Below are positions 44,263-52,585 of a DNA stretch of 64,000 nt, piece after piece. A model generated the notes under the pieces. It was not told the origin of the DNA and ran no database searches. It saw only the letters and a program-made list of their open reading frames with translations. Source of the stretch: an uncultured Gemmatimonadaceae bacterium (GTDB lineage: Bacteria > Latescibacterota > UBA2968 > UBA8231). The stretch is taken from assembly GCA_964520345.1 (NCBI GenBank), contig CAZFMY010000014.1, positions 10,671-74,670 of the forward strand. Direction: 5' to 3'. The translations under genes were made by a program, and so were the position numbers. How positions within the stretch are numbered: the stretch's first letter is position 1; each line of letters begins with the position of its first letter.

Positions 44263-45394
44263 CGACCCGCTCGAAGGAGATCGGCTCCAAATCGTCTGCC
44301 GATCGCTGGGCGTTGACCTGGCCAAGTTGCCACGGCACCGCCGAGCCATCCGAGCGAAAGCGCTTGTAATAACCGTCCTCGCCACCGCCCTGATTGATCC
44401 GAGCGACGGGCATCAGCGGATCACCGGCCCGAAAAGCCGCCAATCCGTCGGTCCCCAACACCTCACCGCTGGCCAAATCGACAACCTCGATATCATCGAT
44501 ATCGATGGTTCCCAGGCCGCGCTCACGGGCGAAGCGCAAATAGGGAGTCTGCGCTGGATCAAGCCCCATCAAGTAGGTCCCCACCGCATCCACATGAACC
44601 TCGTTGACCCCGGCTATAGACCAACCCAGCGGATGGTTTTCGCCTTCGTTGAACGCCGTGCCATCGCGGCCGATCAACCCATCCACTACACTGAGCCGCG
44701 GTATCCCAAGACTGCGCAACGCCACCAGCAAATCGCATAATTTGTGGTAAAATCGATCCTCGAATAGACTGAACCCGCTCGCGGTTAGCCGCCAGAGATC
44801 ATCGGCGAAAGGCTCGTCGACCTCCTGAACCGCGCAGAGATGTCGCTCGGGCTTGGCGACGATGCCCATTAGATTCTTAATCGACAAGGTCGTGCAACCC
44901 AGGTTATGGCATTTGGCCAGGGGGGCGTTGAGAAAGAAGGCGCAATCGGTCACTTCCCGGTAGAGCGGGTAGCGCCCGAAAACCACACCGCCACTCACTT
45001 CGACAGGGCGGGAGTCCTCGTCGGTATTCATTTCCTCAAGCCGCACACCTCGCTCTGCGACCATTGCGCGGTAACCGCATTTATCCCAGGTATGCCCCGA
45101 TGCCGGGTTCTCGCCGGACTGCCCGTCGGCGACGACTAGACGCTCGGAACTTACTCCGCGTTCGCTGAACGCGTCGAGCAGCCCGCCGACAAAACCAGGA
45201 TGGGTGATTACGCGCTTGTCGGGCGGATAGAGTACCGTGGCATTGGGTTTGATCAAAACCGTGCCCTCGGTGGGCAGGGGAAACGCCAGAGCCGAAAGCG
45301 TACGCCAGGCCAACTCGCGATAGGTCTCAAAAGGAGCTTCGGAGCTATGAATAGGCGTCCGTGCCAAATAAACTTTTTCGAGATCTAACTCCAT
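44255..45394 (-). CDS. DUF362-domain protein
   Basis: GTVLIKPNATVLYPPDKRVITHPGFVGGLLDAF resembles the DUF362 N-terminal signature (from memory). The stop overlaps the MazG-like start by 8 nt. Confidence 0.65.
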   Translation of the reverse strand: MELDLEKVYLARTPIHSSEAPFETYRELAWRTLSALAFPLPTEGTVLIKPNATVLYPPDKRVITHPGFVGGLLDAFSERGVSSERLVVADGQSGENPASGHTWDKCGYRAMVAERGVRLEEMNTDEDSRPVEVSGGVVFGRYPLYREVTDCAFFLNAPLAKCHNLGCTTLSIKNLMGIVAKPERHLCAVQEVDEPFADDLWRLTASGFSLFEDRFYHKLCDLLVALRSLGIPRLSVVDGLIGRDGTAFNEGENHPLGWSIAGVNEVHVDAVGTYLMGLDPAQTPYLRFARERGLGTIDIDDIEVVDLASGEVLGTDGLAAFRAGDPLMPVARINQGGGEDGYYKRFRSDGSAVPWQLGQVNAQRSADDLEPISFERVDA

Positions 45395-45596
45395 CGATAT
45401 TTCCCTTCGAACTAAATAGCAGGGTGAAAATTAAAGAAGACCGTTTTTAGAACCATAGGAACAACGCTGAACACAATACTCAAAGAATTAGCACCTAGAC
45501 CGACTCGAAAGATGCAGCGAGCAGCAATCGGCGAGACCAGCTATGGCCGAACCAAACCTTTCGCAATCCACTGCTACCCATGCAACCCGCATCGCC

Positions 45597-46868
45597 TCAT
45601 AGCCTTTCGAGATCGGCTCCCAGAGCCCGCAGGCGACGTTCGATATGGGCATGCCCGCGATCCAATTGATAGAGATTGCTGATCCCAGTGCGCCCTTCGG
45701 CAGCCAAGCCAGCCAGCACGCAGGCTGCGCCGGCGCGAATATCCATCGCCTTAACCTCAGTTCCCTTGAGTTGAGCCGGTCCATGTACCAACACCAATCG
45801 ATCTTTTTCCGGAGATATTTGCGCACCGAAAGCACGCAGATTTTTGACGTGGCCCAGACGGTCCTCGAATACCGTCTCGCGAATATAGCTATCGCCCTTG
45901 GCGATGCAGGCCAGAGCCATTATGCCAGGTTGCAGGTCGGTCGGAAAGCCGGGATAAAAGGTCGTCACCACATTGATCGGCGAGAGCACTCCCGGGCGGC
46001 GCACCCGTACCCACTCGCCGTCCTCTTCAATCTCGACACCCATCTGCTGCAACTTGGCCTCGAAAACATGCAGGTGATCTCGTACCACACCCTTGAGGGC
46101 GATGTCGCCGCCGCTAATCGCTCCCGCCATCATCAAGAGCCCCGCGTCCAAACGATCGTACATCACCGTATGCTCGGCACCGACCAGGCCTTCGACACCG
46201 CGAATCCGCACCCGCCTTGTACCCGCCCCTTCGATCTCAGCACCCATTTTATGCAAGAGAGACACGAAATCGACAATCTCGGGGTCCGAGGCCGCATTCT
46301 CAATCACCGACTCCCCAGTGGCCAGGCTGGACGCCATAATCAGATTTTCCACCCCGGTATGGCTGGGCAAATCGCAATAGAGAAAAGCCCCCTCGAGCCG
46401 TTTGGCTACCACATCGATACCGCCGCCGCCGACTCCCCCGACCTCGGCCCCGAGCCGGGCAAAGCCGCGGTAGTGATAGTCTGCCGGTCGCGAGCCGATC
46501 GTACAACCCCCGACCTCGCTGACCCAAGCCCGGCGAAAACGCGCCAGCAACGGTCCGACAAAGAGCAGGGAGGCGCGGAAACGGTTGGTCAACTCTGGTG
46601 GCAAACGATGATCATTGACATCCTGCGCATCTATGACCACAGTTTCCTCGGTCATATCGTAATCGACCCGGGCCCCCAGCCTGCGCAGCACCTCCAAAGC
46701 TACCAACACATCCTTGACCGGGGGCACCCGGTGCAGAACGGTCTGGCCCTCACTAGCCAAGAGAGACGCAGCCAGCATCGGCAGAACGGCATTTTTGGCC
46801 CCCTGCACCTCGACTTCCCCTTCGAGTTTACGCCCACCCTGGACAAAGAGGACTTCTGCAGAAACCAT
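45597..46868 (-). CDS. murA: UDP-N-acetylglucosamine 1-carboxyvinyltransferase MurA
   Basis: GEVEVQGAKNAVLPMLAASLL and the catalytic loop GGCTIGSRPADYH. Two-domain EPSP-synthase-fold length. ATG 46868 (MVSAEVLFVQGG) is preferred over 46910. Confidence 0.92.
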   Translation of the reverse strand: MVSAEVLFVQGGRKLEGEVEVQGAKNAVLPMLAASLLASEGQTVLHRVPPVKDVLVALEVLRRLGARVDYDMTEETVVIDAQDVNDHRLPPELTNRFRASLLFVGPLLARFRRAWVSEVGGCTIGSRPADYHYRGFARLGAEVGGVGGGGIDVVAKRLEGAFLYCDLPSHTGVENLIMASSLATGESVIENAASDPEIVDFVSLLHKMGAEIEGAGTRRVRIRGVEGLVGAEHTVMYDRLDAGLLMMAGAISGGDIALKGVVRDHLHVFEAKLQQMGVEIEEDGEWVRVRRPGVLSPINVVTTFYPGFPTDLQPGIMALACIAKGDSYIRETVFEDRLGHVKNLRAFGAQISPEKDRLVLVHGPAQLKGTEVKAMDIRAGAACVLAGLAAEGRTGISNLYQLDRGHAHIERRLRALGADLERL

Positions 46869-46982
46869 TGTCAATCCTGAATTTAAGACGATGAGAGCAC
46901 TGGAGAGCACTGGATGGAGTGACGCTGTTCCTCAATCTAAGATCGAGCAATCCTTTCGTCAATAAGAAATGCCTGTCTATGC

Positions 46983-47010
46983 TTGACACCTGCGCGCACG
47001 TTCCTATATT
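46983..47010 (+). promoter_or_regulatory. Candidate sigma70-type promoter for the glutaredoxin-like gene
   Basis: TTGACA (46983..46988), a 16-nt spacer, then TATATT (47005..47010). RBS GAAAGGAAG lies upstream of ATG 47059. Confidence 0.45.
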
Positions 47011-47058
47011 GACTCAGAATGGCAAGCCACTCAATTACGTTAGAAAGGAAGCGCGATC

Positions 47059-47328
47059 ATGTCCGAAGCCCCCACAATAACTGCCTACCTGAAGCCGGTC
47101 TGCGGCTGGAGCAACAGCGTTCGCGAAACCTTCGCCAAATACAGCCTTGAATACGAAGACCGAGACATCATCAACAATCCGGAAATCTACGCTGAAATGG
47201 TGCAGAAAAGCGGCCAGCCCCTCTCGCCCTGCGTCGAGATCAACGGCCAGATGCTGGCCGATGTCGACGGCGGAGAAGTCGAGTCCTGGCTGATCGAAAA
47301 TGGAGTGGTAGAGCCCGCGACGACCTGA
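47059..47328 (+). CDS. Glutaredoxin-like small thioredoxin-fold protein (single Cys, CGWS)
   Basis: ITAYLKPVCGWSNSVRETF...DRDI...SGQPLSPCVEINGQML. The layout is glutaredoxin-like. Confidence 0.65.
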   Translation: MSEAPTITAYLKPVCGWSNSVRETFAKYSLEYEDRDIINNPEIYAEMVQKSGQPLSPCVEINGQMLADVDGGEVESWLIENGVVEPATT

Positions 47329-47367
47329 GCAATCGCCCCGCACTCAGCGGATATTGCCGCAGAGCGC

Positions 47368-47907
47368 CTAAGCCTCCAGGATCCGGCTCAGTTCGACGCG
47401 CAACGCCTCGCAGATATTCGGCTGTTCGTGGTTGAGCGGCCCACTCGCCGCACGACGGATCAAGGTGAGCGCGCCTAATAATTGACCGTCGCCTCCATTG
47501 AGAGGCAGGACATAGCTGAAACCGAGCATTCCGCTTTCGGCCCCCTCCAGCAGGAATCTCACCACCCCTGCTGGCAGGGGGCTTTGTTCTTCGGCGCTCG
47601 CCTGCCCCATAATCAAGAGTGACGACTTGCCACCTCCCTCCTGCATGGCGAAAGAGCACTGCGTATCCTGCTCTAGTATAGTGCGCAGTACGTCTTCGCC
47701 CGCTCCGGTCACCCGTTTCAATTCCGCACCCCCCTCAGCGCCAACGCGCTCGTACACTATTGTATCTGCCGCTTCGATCTGCAGCAGCAGTTCCATCCCT
47801 TTGGCCACCGCTTCGTCGGGTAGCATGGCCTTGAGCGACTCAATGATATGTGGAGGAATTTCAGCAGGTTCGGGCATATTGAACGGAATAACGGATACGG
47901 GCATCAT
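47368..47907 (-). CDS. Hypothetical protein, possibly GAF-like
   Basis: 180 aa from ATG 47907 (MMPVSVIPF...). The listed 216-aa ORF would run through tRNA-Phe and is trimmed. The GAF assignment is weak. Confidence 0.5.
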   Translation of the reverse strand: MMPVSVIPFNMPEPAEIPPHIIESLKAMLPDEAVAKGMELLLQIEAADTIVYERVGAEGGAELKRVTGAGEDVLRTILEQDTQCSFAMQEGGGKSSLLIMGQASAEEQSPLPAGVVRFLLEGAESGMLGFSYVLPLNGGDGQLLGALTLIRRAASGPLNHEQPNICEALRVELSRILEA

Positions 47908-47913
47908 AGATCC

Positions 47914-47941
47914 TTGACAATATCTGTGAGGAGGCTTTAAT
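47914..47941 (+). promoter_or_regulatory. Candidate promoter for tRNA-Phe
   Basis: TTGACA (47914..47919), a 16-nt spacer, then TTTAAT (47936..47941), 19 nt before the tRNA 5' end. The -35 box sits only 7 nt from the divergent ATG at 47907. Confidence 0.45.
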
Positions 47942-47960
47942 TCTAACCCTGTTTTCAGGT

Positions 47961-48036
47961 GGCTCTTTAGCTCAGTAGGTAGAGCAGGGGACTGAAAATC
48001 CCTGTGTCCCCGGTTCAATTCCGGGAGGAGCCACCA
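47961..48036 (+). tRNA. tRNA-Phe (anticodon GAA), CCA encoded
   Basis: Cloverleaf folded by hand: acceptor GGCTCTT/AGGAGCC, D-arm GCTC/GAGC, anticodon stem GGGGA/TCCCT with loop CTGAAAA, T-arm CCCGG-TTCAATT-CCGGG, discriminator A, then CCA. Confidence 0.95.
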
Positions 48037-48043
48037 TTAATCT

Positions 48044-48075
48044 AACCCTCTGCTACGGCAGGGGGTTACTTTTTT
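48044..48075 (+). terminator. Rho-independent terminator after tRNA-Phe
   Basis: AACCCTCTGC-TACG-GCAGGGGGTT (one G-T wobble), followed by ACTTTTTT. Confidence 0.7.
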
Positions 48076-48139
48076 CATAGTAGTACCATACGGATACTCT
48101 AGTTTTAGGTCAATACATTCTCCCTTTCAACTGATAAAA

Positions 48140-48192
48140 GGCAAAAGAAGAAGCGGGGCAACACTCTCTGCCGCCCCGCTTCTTCTTTTGCC
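48140..48192 (-). terminator. Perfect 20-bp hairpin, likely terminator of the SnoaL-like gene
   Basis: GGCAAAAGAAGAAGCGGGGC (48140..48159) and GCCCCGCTTCTTCTTTTGCC (48173..48192) are exact reverse complements with a 13-nt loop. On the minus strand CUUUU follows. The hairpin lies 45 nt past the stop at 48237. Confidence 0.65.
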
Positions 48193-48236
48193 ATAGCTTA
48201 ACTCAACCAGAGCTTATTGACACCTTGACCTTGGGA

Positions 48237-49091
48237 TCAATCGCCAAGCTTGGTTGTCTCTACTGTGGGTCCTGCCCCAAGTAATGCGCCGACAATCTTC
48301 CAGTTTCCCGCTGTGTTCTTGTGGAGCAACCAGATATTTGGTACATCCGTCCACGAACCCCCTTCACCTGTTTCGAGGTTTCGGTGATGTCCGGTTTCAC
48401 GAACCTGAACAATGGCGTTGTCACCCTCAACTTTCGTATGAATGAATTCGACTTTACTTTCGTAGTCTATTCCTTCTCGGTCCTGCGCTGGACTAGTGTG
48501 GATTGCATCACCGTACCAGAAACCACCCCACTCGCCAGTTTCCGGGTCCTTATATACCCGAATCATTGCCTCGTCGAATATCTTTGCATTATCATGCGTA
48601 TTATTCTTGAGTCCTTCGTGAAAATCGAGAATGACCTGATGAATCTTGTCTTCTTCAGGTGCTCGCAAAGTAAAGCCCAACTGGCGATGACCATCCAAGT
48701 CATTGTAGGCAAAAACAGCGGAGGCGATTTTGCCATCTTTTATTTTTACTATACTCAAACCTGGCACCTTGATACTGCGACCTTCAGTATTTTTCAACGA
48801 ACTGGTACCTGTGAACTCCCAGTGTAACGCAACCTCATCGCCTTCTGCGATCATATGCAGAATTTTGACATGGGCATCGGGATAGGTCGTAGTCATACTG
48901 TCGAACCAGGCTTCATAATTTTCCACAGGGAAATCAGCCGTGGCATTGTTTTTTATGTGAGTTCTATCGTGGTTCTGCCATATGGCCTCAATCCAGCGCC
49001 GTAAAACATCCTTGTTGGCTTTAATATCCTGAGCACTGACCGACCCACAGGTCAACATCAGGACCGCAATTAAAAAATGTATCAGTTTCAT
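48237..49091 (-). CDS. Secreted tandem NTF2-fold protein (SnoaL-like ester-cyclase domain + DUF4440-like domain)
   Basis: ATG 49091 gives the signal peptide MKLIHFLIAVLMLTCGSVSA. VLRRWIEAIWQNHD...HMIAEGDEVALHWEFTG is SnoaL-like. The second half (ILDFHEGLKNN...NWKIVG) is NTF2-like. Confidence 0.65.
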   Translation of the reverse strand: MKLIHFLIAVLMLTCGSVSAQDIKANKDVLRRWIEAIWQNHDRTHIKNNATADFPVENYEAWFDSMTTTYPDAHVKILHMIAEGDEVALHWEFTGTSSLKNTEGRSIKVPGLSIVKIKDGKIASAVFAYNDLDGHRQLGFTLRAPEEDKIHQVILDFHEGLKNNTHDNAKIFDEAMIRVYKDPETGEWGGFWYGDAIHTSPAQDREGIDYESKVEFIHTKVEGDNAIVQVRETGHHRNLETGEGGSWTDVPNIWLLHKNTAGNWKIVGALLGAGPTVETTKLGD

Positions 49092-49137
49092 GATAAAAAA
49101 CTCCTGCCAAAGATTGTTAAAAGCATTTGAAGCGCGA

Positions 49138-49422
49138 TTAATGTCTTGCCACCAGTGCGTCGACAATTGGCCCTACTTCCTCATCTGTTACCACTGGGTG
49201 GATCTCAAAATCAACCAAATCATTAAATTTGATACTCCAGAGTTGTAGAGATTCTACTGAATCCGTCTCGACTACAATGCACGCCCACTTAGTCAAAAGA
49301 GAATGGTATCGGGCAACCAATTTCATGTCGCCAAATTCTCCCTTCTCGGTCTCTTCAACGAAACGCTTGACCAGGGTACCCATATTCCCCGATTGGTATG
49401 ACGCAGTAACTGCAAATAGCAT
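49138..49422 (-). CDS. DUF3303-family small protein
   Basis: MLFAVTASYQ...LQLWSIKFNDLVDFEIHPVVTDEEV matches the W...W.DLVDFEI.PVV signature I recall for DUF3303. Confidence 0.6.
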   Translation of the reverse strand: MLFAVTASYQSGNMGTLVKRFVEETEKGEFGDMKLVARYHSLLTKWACIVVETDSVESLQLWSIKFNDLVDFEIHPVVTDEEVGPIVDALVARH

Positions 49423-49495
49423 GAAACACCTCCTGCCAAAGGTTTAAGAGAATGATAGAGCACACAATTAGCGCGCGCTATTCAGAGGAAAAGAC

Positions 49496-49542
49496 TTATT
49501 GCTGACGAGGTAATTGATTCACGAAGCACCTTCTGCCAAAGG
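49496..49542 (-). pseudogene. Decayed 5' fragment of a DUF3303-like gene (leader plus 8 codons)
   Basis: Minus strand CCTTTGGCAGAAGGTGCTTCGTG matches the DUF3303 leader CCTTTGGCAGGAGGTGTTTCATG at 20/23 positions. Downstream, CAATTACCTCGTCA matches CAGTTACTGCGTCA at 11/14. The fragment reads GTG AAT CAA TTA CCT CGT CAG CAA TAA. Confidence 0.35.
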
Positions 49543-49753
49543 CCTCATAGGTGAGGTTTGTCGAACACCTTGCTTTAGTGCTCAACCGTCACAAAGAAAC
49601 GGAAAATCAGCCTTTTTCACAATAAAAAACTCGGGATCGTAAAATAAACCTTGCCACTATGAGGTACCCACTACAACAAAACTCGAATTTGTAATCTGGA
49701 GTTATCCTTTGACGGGAGCTTGAAACCCGTCTGCAACCAGAAAAGGGAACACT

Positions 49754-50410
49754 ATGTCGCTAAACCCGATGAAAGTGCTGGTCTTTGTCGGCACCGAAGG
49801 CATCTACCACGACCACGAAGGCCAGGGCCGTTTTCTAAGCGAATTACTCAATAGAGAAACCCTGATCGAAGCCGAGTTTTCGCGGGATTACGCGATCATG
49901 GCCAACGGCCTCCAAGCCTATGACGCCACGCTCTTCTTCACCGATGTGGGTACCTTCACCCAGGAACAGGAGCGAGGACTACTGGAGTTCATCGAAAGCG
50001 GTGGTGGTTTTTTCGGCTTGCACACCGCCGATGCCTCCTTCCGCGACAACGCCGGCTACCATCAGATGCTCAACGGATTCTTTGACGGCCATAGTCCCTA
50101 TATGGATTTCACCGTCACTATCACCGACGCCTCCGACCCCATCGCCGTCGGCCTGAAAGATTTTACAGTGACCGACGAGCTGCATTATCTCAAGCACGAT
50201 CCGTCCCGCTCGCATCACATCATGGAAGCCTACGATCCCGGCCGCGACGAAACCCACGTAATGGCTTATCGCCATATGCACGGACAGGGCCGGGTATTCT
50301 TTTTCGCGCTGGGTCACGATCAGGCGGTGCTGGATAATCTCTCGTTCCAGGAAGTGGTGCGCCGGGGGGTATTATGGGTCGGCAAGCGCCTCTCAGCCAT
50401 ATCCGGCTGA
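49754..50410 (+). CDS. ThuA-domain protein (trehalose-utilisation-like, class-I glutamine-amidotransferase-like fold)
   Basis: KVLVFVGTEG, GGGFFGLHTA, DELHYLKHD, GQGRVFFFALGHD. Confidence 0.75.
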   Translation: MSLNPMKVLVFVGTEGIYHDHEGQGRFLSELLNRETLIEAEFSRDYAIMANGLQAYDATLFFTDVGTFTQEQERGLLEFIESGGGFFGLHTADASFRDNAGYHQMLNGFFDGHSPYMDFTVTITDASDPIAVGLKDFTVTDELHYLKHDPSRSHHIMEAYDPGRDETHVMAYRHMHGQGRVFFFALGHDQAVLDNLSFQEVVRRGVLWVGKRLSAISG

Positions 50411-50584
50411 GCCCGTATTCAGTCCGTCTCAGTGATCGGTCGAAAGACCCAATCGCCACAGCCGCGACAAGTCCGGCCGTTGTTAATAGCCTTTTAGCCG
50501 AACTTGACGGACATTTATCCCCGGCATTATCCTTTACGCTAAATAGCGATCGGGCTTTTTTTCGAATCTACAAAGAGGGTTGCC

Positions 50585-52039
50585 ATGAGAAAAAAACGCA
50601 CCATCTACTTTAACGATGCTCGCCATTACTATCTCTTTGTATTCGATCCCCCGATGCGTATGGAGGACGCCTGGCGTCCGATCGACGAAGTCGCCGGTAC
50701 GGCCGTGGACACCTTTATCTACGGTGTTTCGCGCGGTGGTACCGGTTTGTTTTTCCCCTCCGAAGTAGGCATGTGTTTCGGCGCAGATCTGCAACCTTTC
50801 CAACACGCCTACGAATGGCGCAGTTGGGAAAATATGCAGAGTCTGATCGCTCGAGGCCATGACCCCCTGACGGTGCTGATCGACCGGGCTCACGAGAAGG
50901 AGATGGAATTCTTCGCCAGTCTGCGACTGGGCGCCTACCTCGGGATGAATCCCGAGCACAGCGTCGAAAACGGCGGTCGCGGATTCGGCCACTCCGAAGT
51001 TCGGGACCACCAGTACGCGCAAGTGGCCGAGTTAACCACCCGCTATGCAGTAGAGGGGATAGAGCTGGATTTTGCGGCAGCTCCGGGGGGCGATACATTT
51101 TGCCTCGCCCCGGAAGAAGCGCCCGAACAAGCCCCGATCTTAACCGAGTTCGTACGCGATGTGGCCGCCATGGTACGGCAGCGCCAGGACGATCCAGGAC
51201 AGGTCGGCGTCCGAGTCTATCCCACTCCGGAGCTCAACCAGCGGGCCGGTCTGGATGTCGAAACCTGGCTGCGCGAAGGGCTCGTCGACTTCGTCGTGCC
51301 GATGGCCTATTCCTGCTTTGTGCTCGATGCCAATATGCCGATCGATTGGATTATCGAAGCCGCGCACAGCGAGGAGATCTCAGTCTATGGCATGCTCCAA
51401 CCCTATTACGGCAACGGCCAGCGCTCCAACACCATGGTCGAACATGCCACACCAGCGATGACCCGCGCGGCGGCAGCCAACTTCTGGCAGGCCGGAGTCG
51501 ATGGGCTCTATACCTGGTTTATGCCGTGGCCGCTGGGTCCCGCAGAGCGACAGACCCTCACCGAGATCGGCGATCCGGACCTGGTCCAGGACGCAGACAA
51601 GCACTATTTCCTGCGGCGGCGTTCCGAAAACCCGAACCGCTTCGATTATCCGGCTTATCTGCCCGTGGAAATTCCCGCCGCCGACCCGGAGCAGCGCTAC
51701 CAGATTCCCTTCACCATGGCAGATAGTCCCGACAACGATCGGATCCAGCACATTCACCTCAAACTCAACATCACCAATCTGGTTACCGCCGACCATCTAG
51801 AAGTTACACTGAACGGGGTACTCCTTAGTCCCGACACCTGCCGGCACACCATCCGTCCCTACGATACCTTTACCGGTCAGTGGTTAGTCTTCGACCTGGC
51901 CGCCACGCCCCCAAAGCAGGGTGCCAATATCCTGGAGATCGCCCTCTGCGAGCGGCCAAACGGATTCGCAGGCGGAGTAACCGTGGAAGATCTAGAGCTG
52001 ATCGTCGATTGCGACATCTATGCTGCGGTGACTCCTTGA
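50585..52039 (+). CDS. Hypothetical protein, possibly a TIM-barrel glycoside-hydrolase-like fold
   Basis: Clean 484-aa ORF with RBS-like AAGAGGG upstream. I recognise no diagnostic motif, so the fold guess is weak. Confidence 0.6.
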   Translation: MRKKRTIYFNDARHYYLFVFDPPMRMEDAWRPIDEVAGTAVDTFIYGVSRGGTGLFFPSEVGMCFGADLQPFQHAYEWRSWENMQSLIARGHDPLTVLIDRAHEKEMEFFASLRLGAYLGMNPEHSVENGGRGFGHSEVRDHQYAQVAELTTRYAVEGIELDFAAAPGGDTFCLAPEEAPEQAPILTEFVRDVAAMVRQRQDDPGQVGVRVYPTPELNQRAGLDVETWLREGLVDFVVPMAYSCFVLDANMPIDWIIEAAHSEEISVYGMLQPYYGNGQRSNTMVEHATPAMTRAAAANFWQAGVDGLYTWFMPWPLGPAERQTLTEIGDPDLVQDADKHYFLRRRSENPNRFDYPAYLPVEIPAADPEQRYQIPFTMADSPDNDRIQHIHLKLNITNLVTADHLEVTLNGVLLSPDTCRHTIRPYDTFTGQWLVFDLAATPPKQGANILEIALCERPNGFAGGVTVEDLELIVDCDIYAAVTP

Positions 52040-52212
52040 AACTCTACCCGCCCCATACCTGATTTATCGCGCGATTGTGGTGAGAACCTGAGATAGGTGG
52101 GTAAACCCCTTGCGTCATAGCCATAGAGCCTATCGATAAATAAACTTGACTTTAGATCATTTTTAGCGAAATATAGTGATAGCAGTACACTATCCCGGCA
52201 GGAGTCTATTCC

Positions 52213-52530
52213 ATGCTGCGCCCACTGGATCTGCAAGACAACTTCTCCAAGGCCCCTTTAGCGGCCCGCGAGCAAAACCTGCAGCAGATCCGCCCTGAAG
52301 TCACTCAGCACAACCTCACCCAGCAACTCGCCCAGGAAAATGCGCTCAATCAGAGTCGTATTCGGGAATCCGCTGAAGCGGACGAGGTGGAAAACCGCGT
52401 CGACGACCACGATCGCCAGCCTGGCGATCGAGAGCGGCGTCGGCGCCAGCAGGACAGCGAAACCGCCCCACCCGAAGATCAAGACCGGCTCCAGATCTCA
52501 GATGATGGCCATATAGACATCATCATCTGA
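52213..52530 (+). CDS. Small hypothetical protein with a highly charged C-terminal half
   Basis: 105-aa ORF preceded by GGCAGGAG. The Q/E/R/D-rich low-complexity composition leaves coding status uncertain. Confidence 0.4.
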   Translation: MLRPLDLQDNFSKAPLAAREQNLQQIRPEVTQHNLTQQLAQENALNQSRIRESAEADEVENRVDDHDRQPGDRERRRRQQDSETAPPEDQDRLQISDDGHIDIII

Positions 52531-52585
52531 GATATACAAGAACCGCAACCTGCGCGGATTGCTCGACCAACGTAGAGCTGGCTAG

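Noticed and set aside
45645-46880. 411-aa plus-strand ORF
   Set aside because: It lies antisense to murA, whose minus-strand frame carries unmistakable MurA motifs. This is a shadow ORF.
47908-48018. N-terminal extension of the 216-aa ORF
   Set aside because: It would be translated through tRNA-Phe on the opposite strand. The internal ATG at 47907 gives a sensible start.
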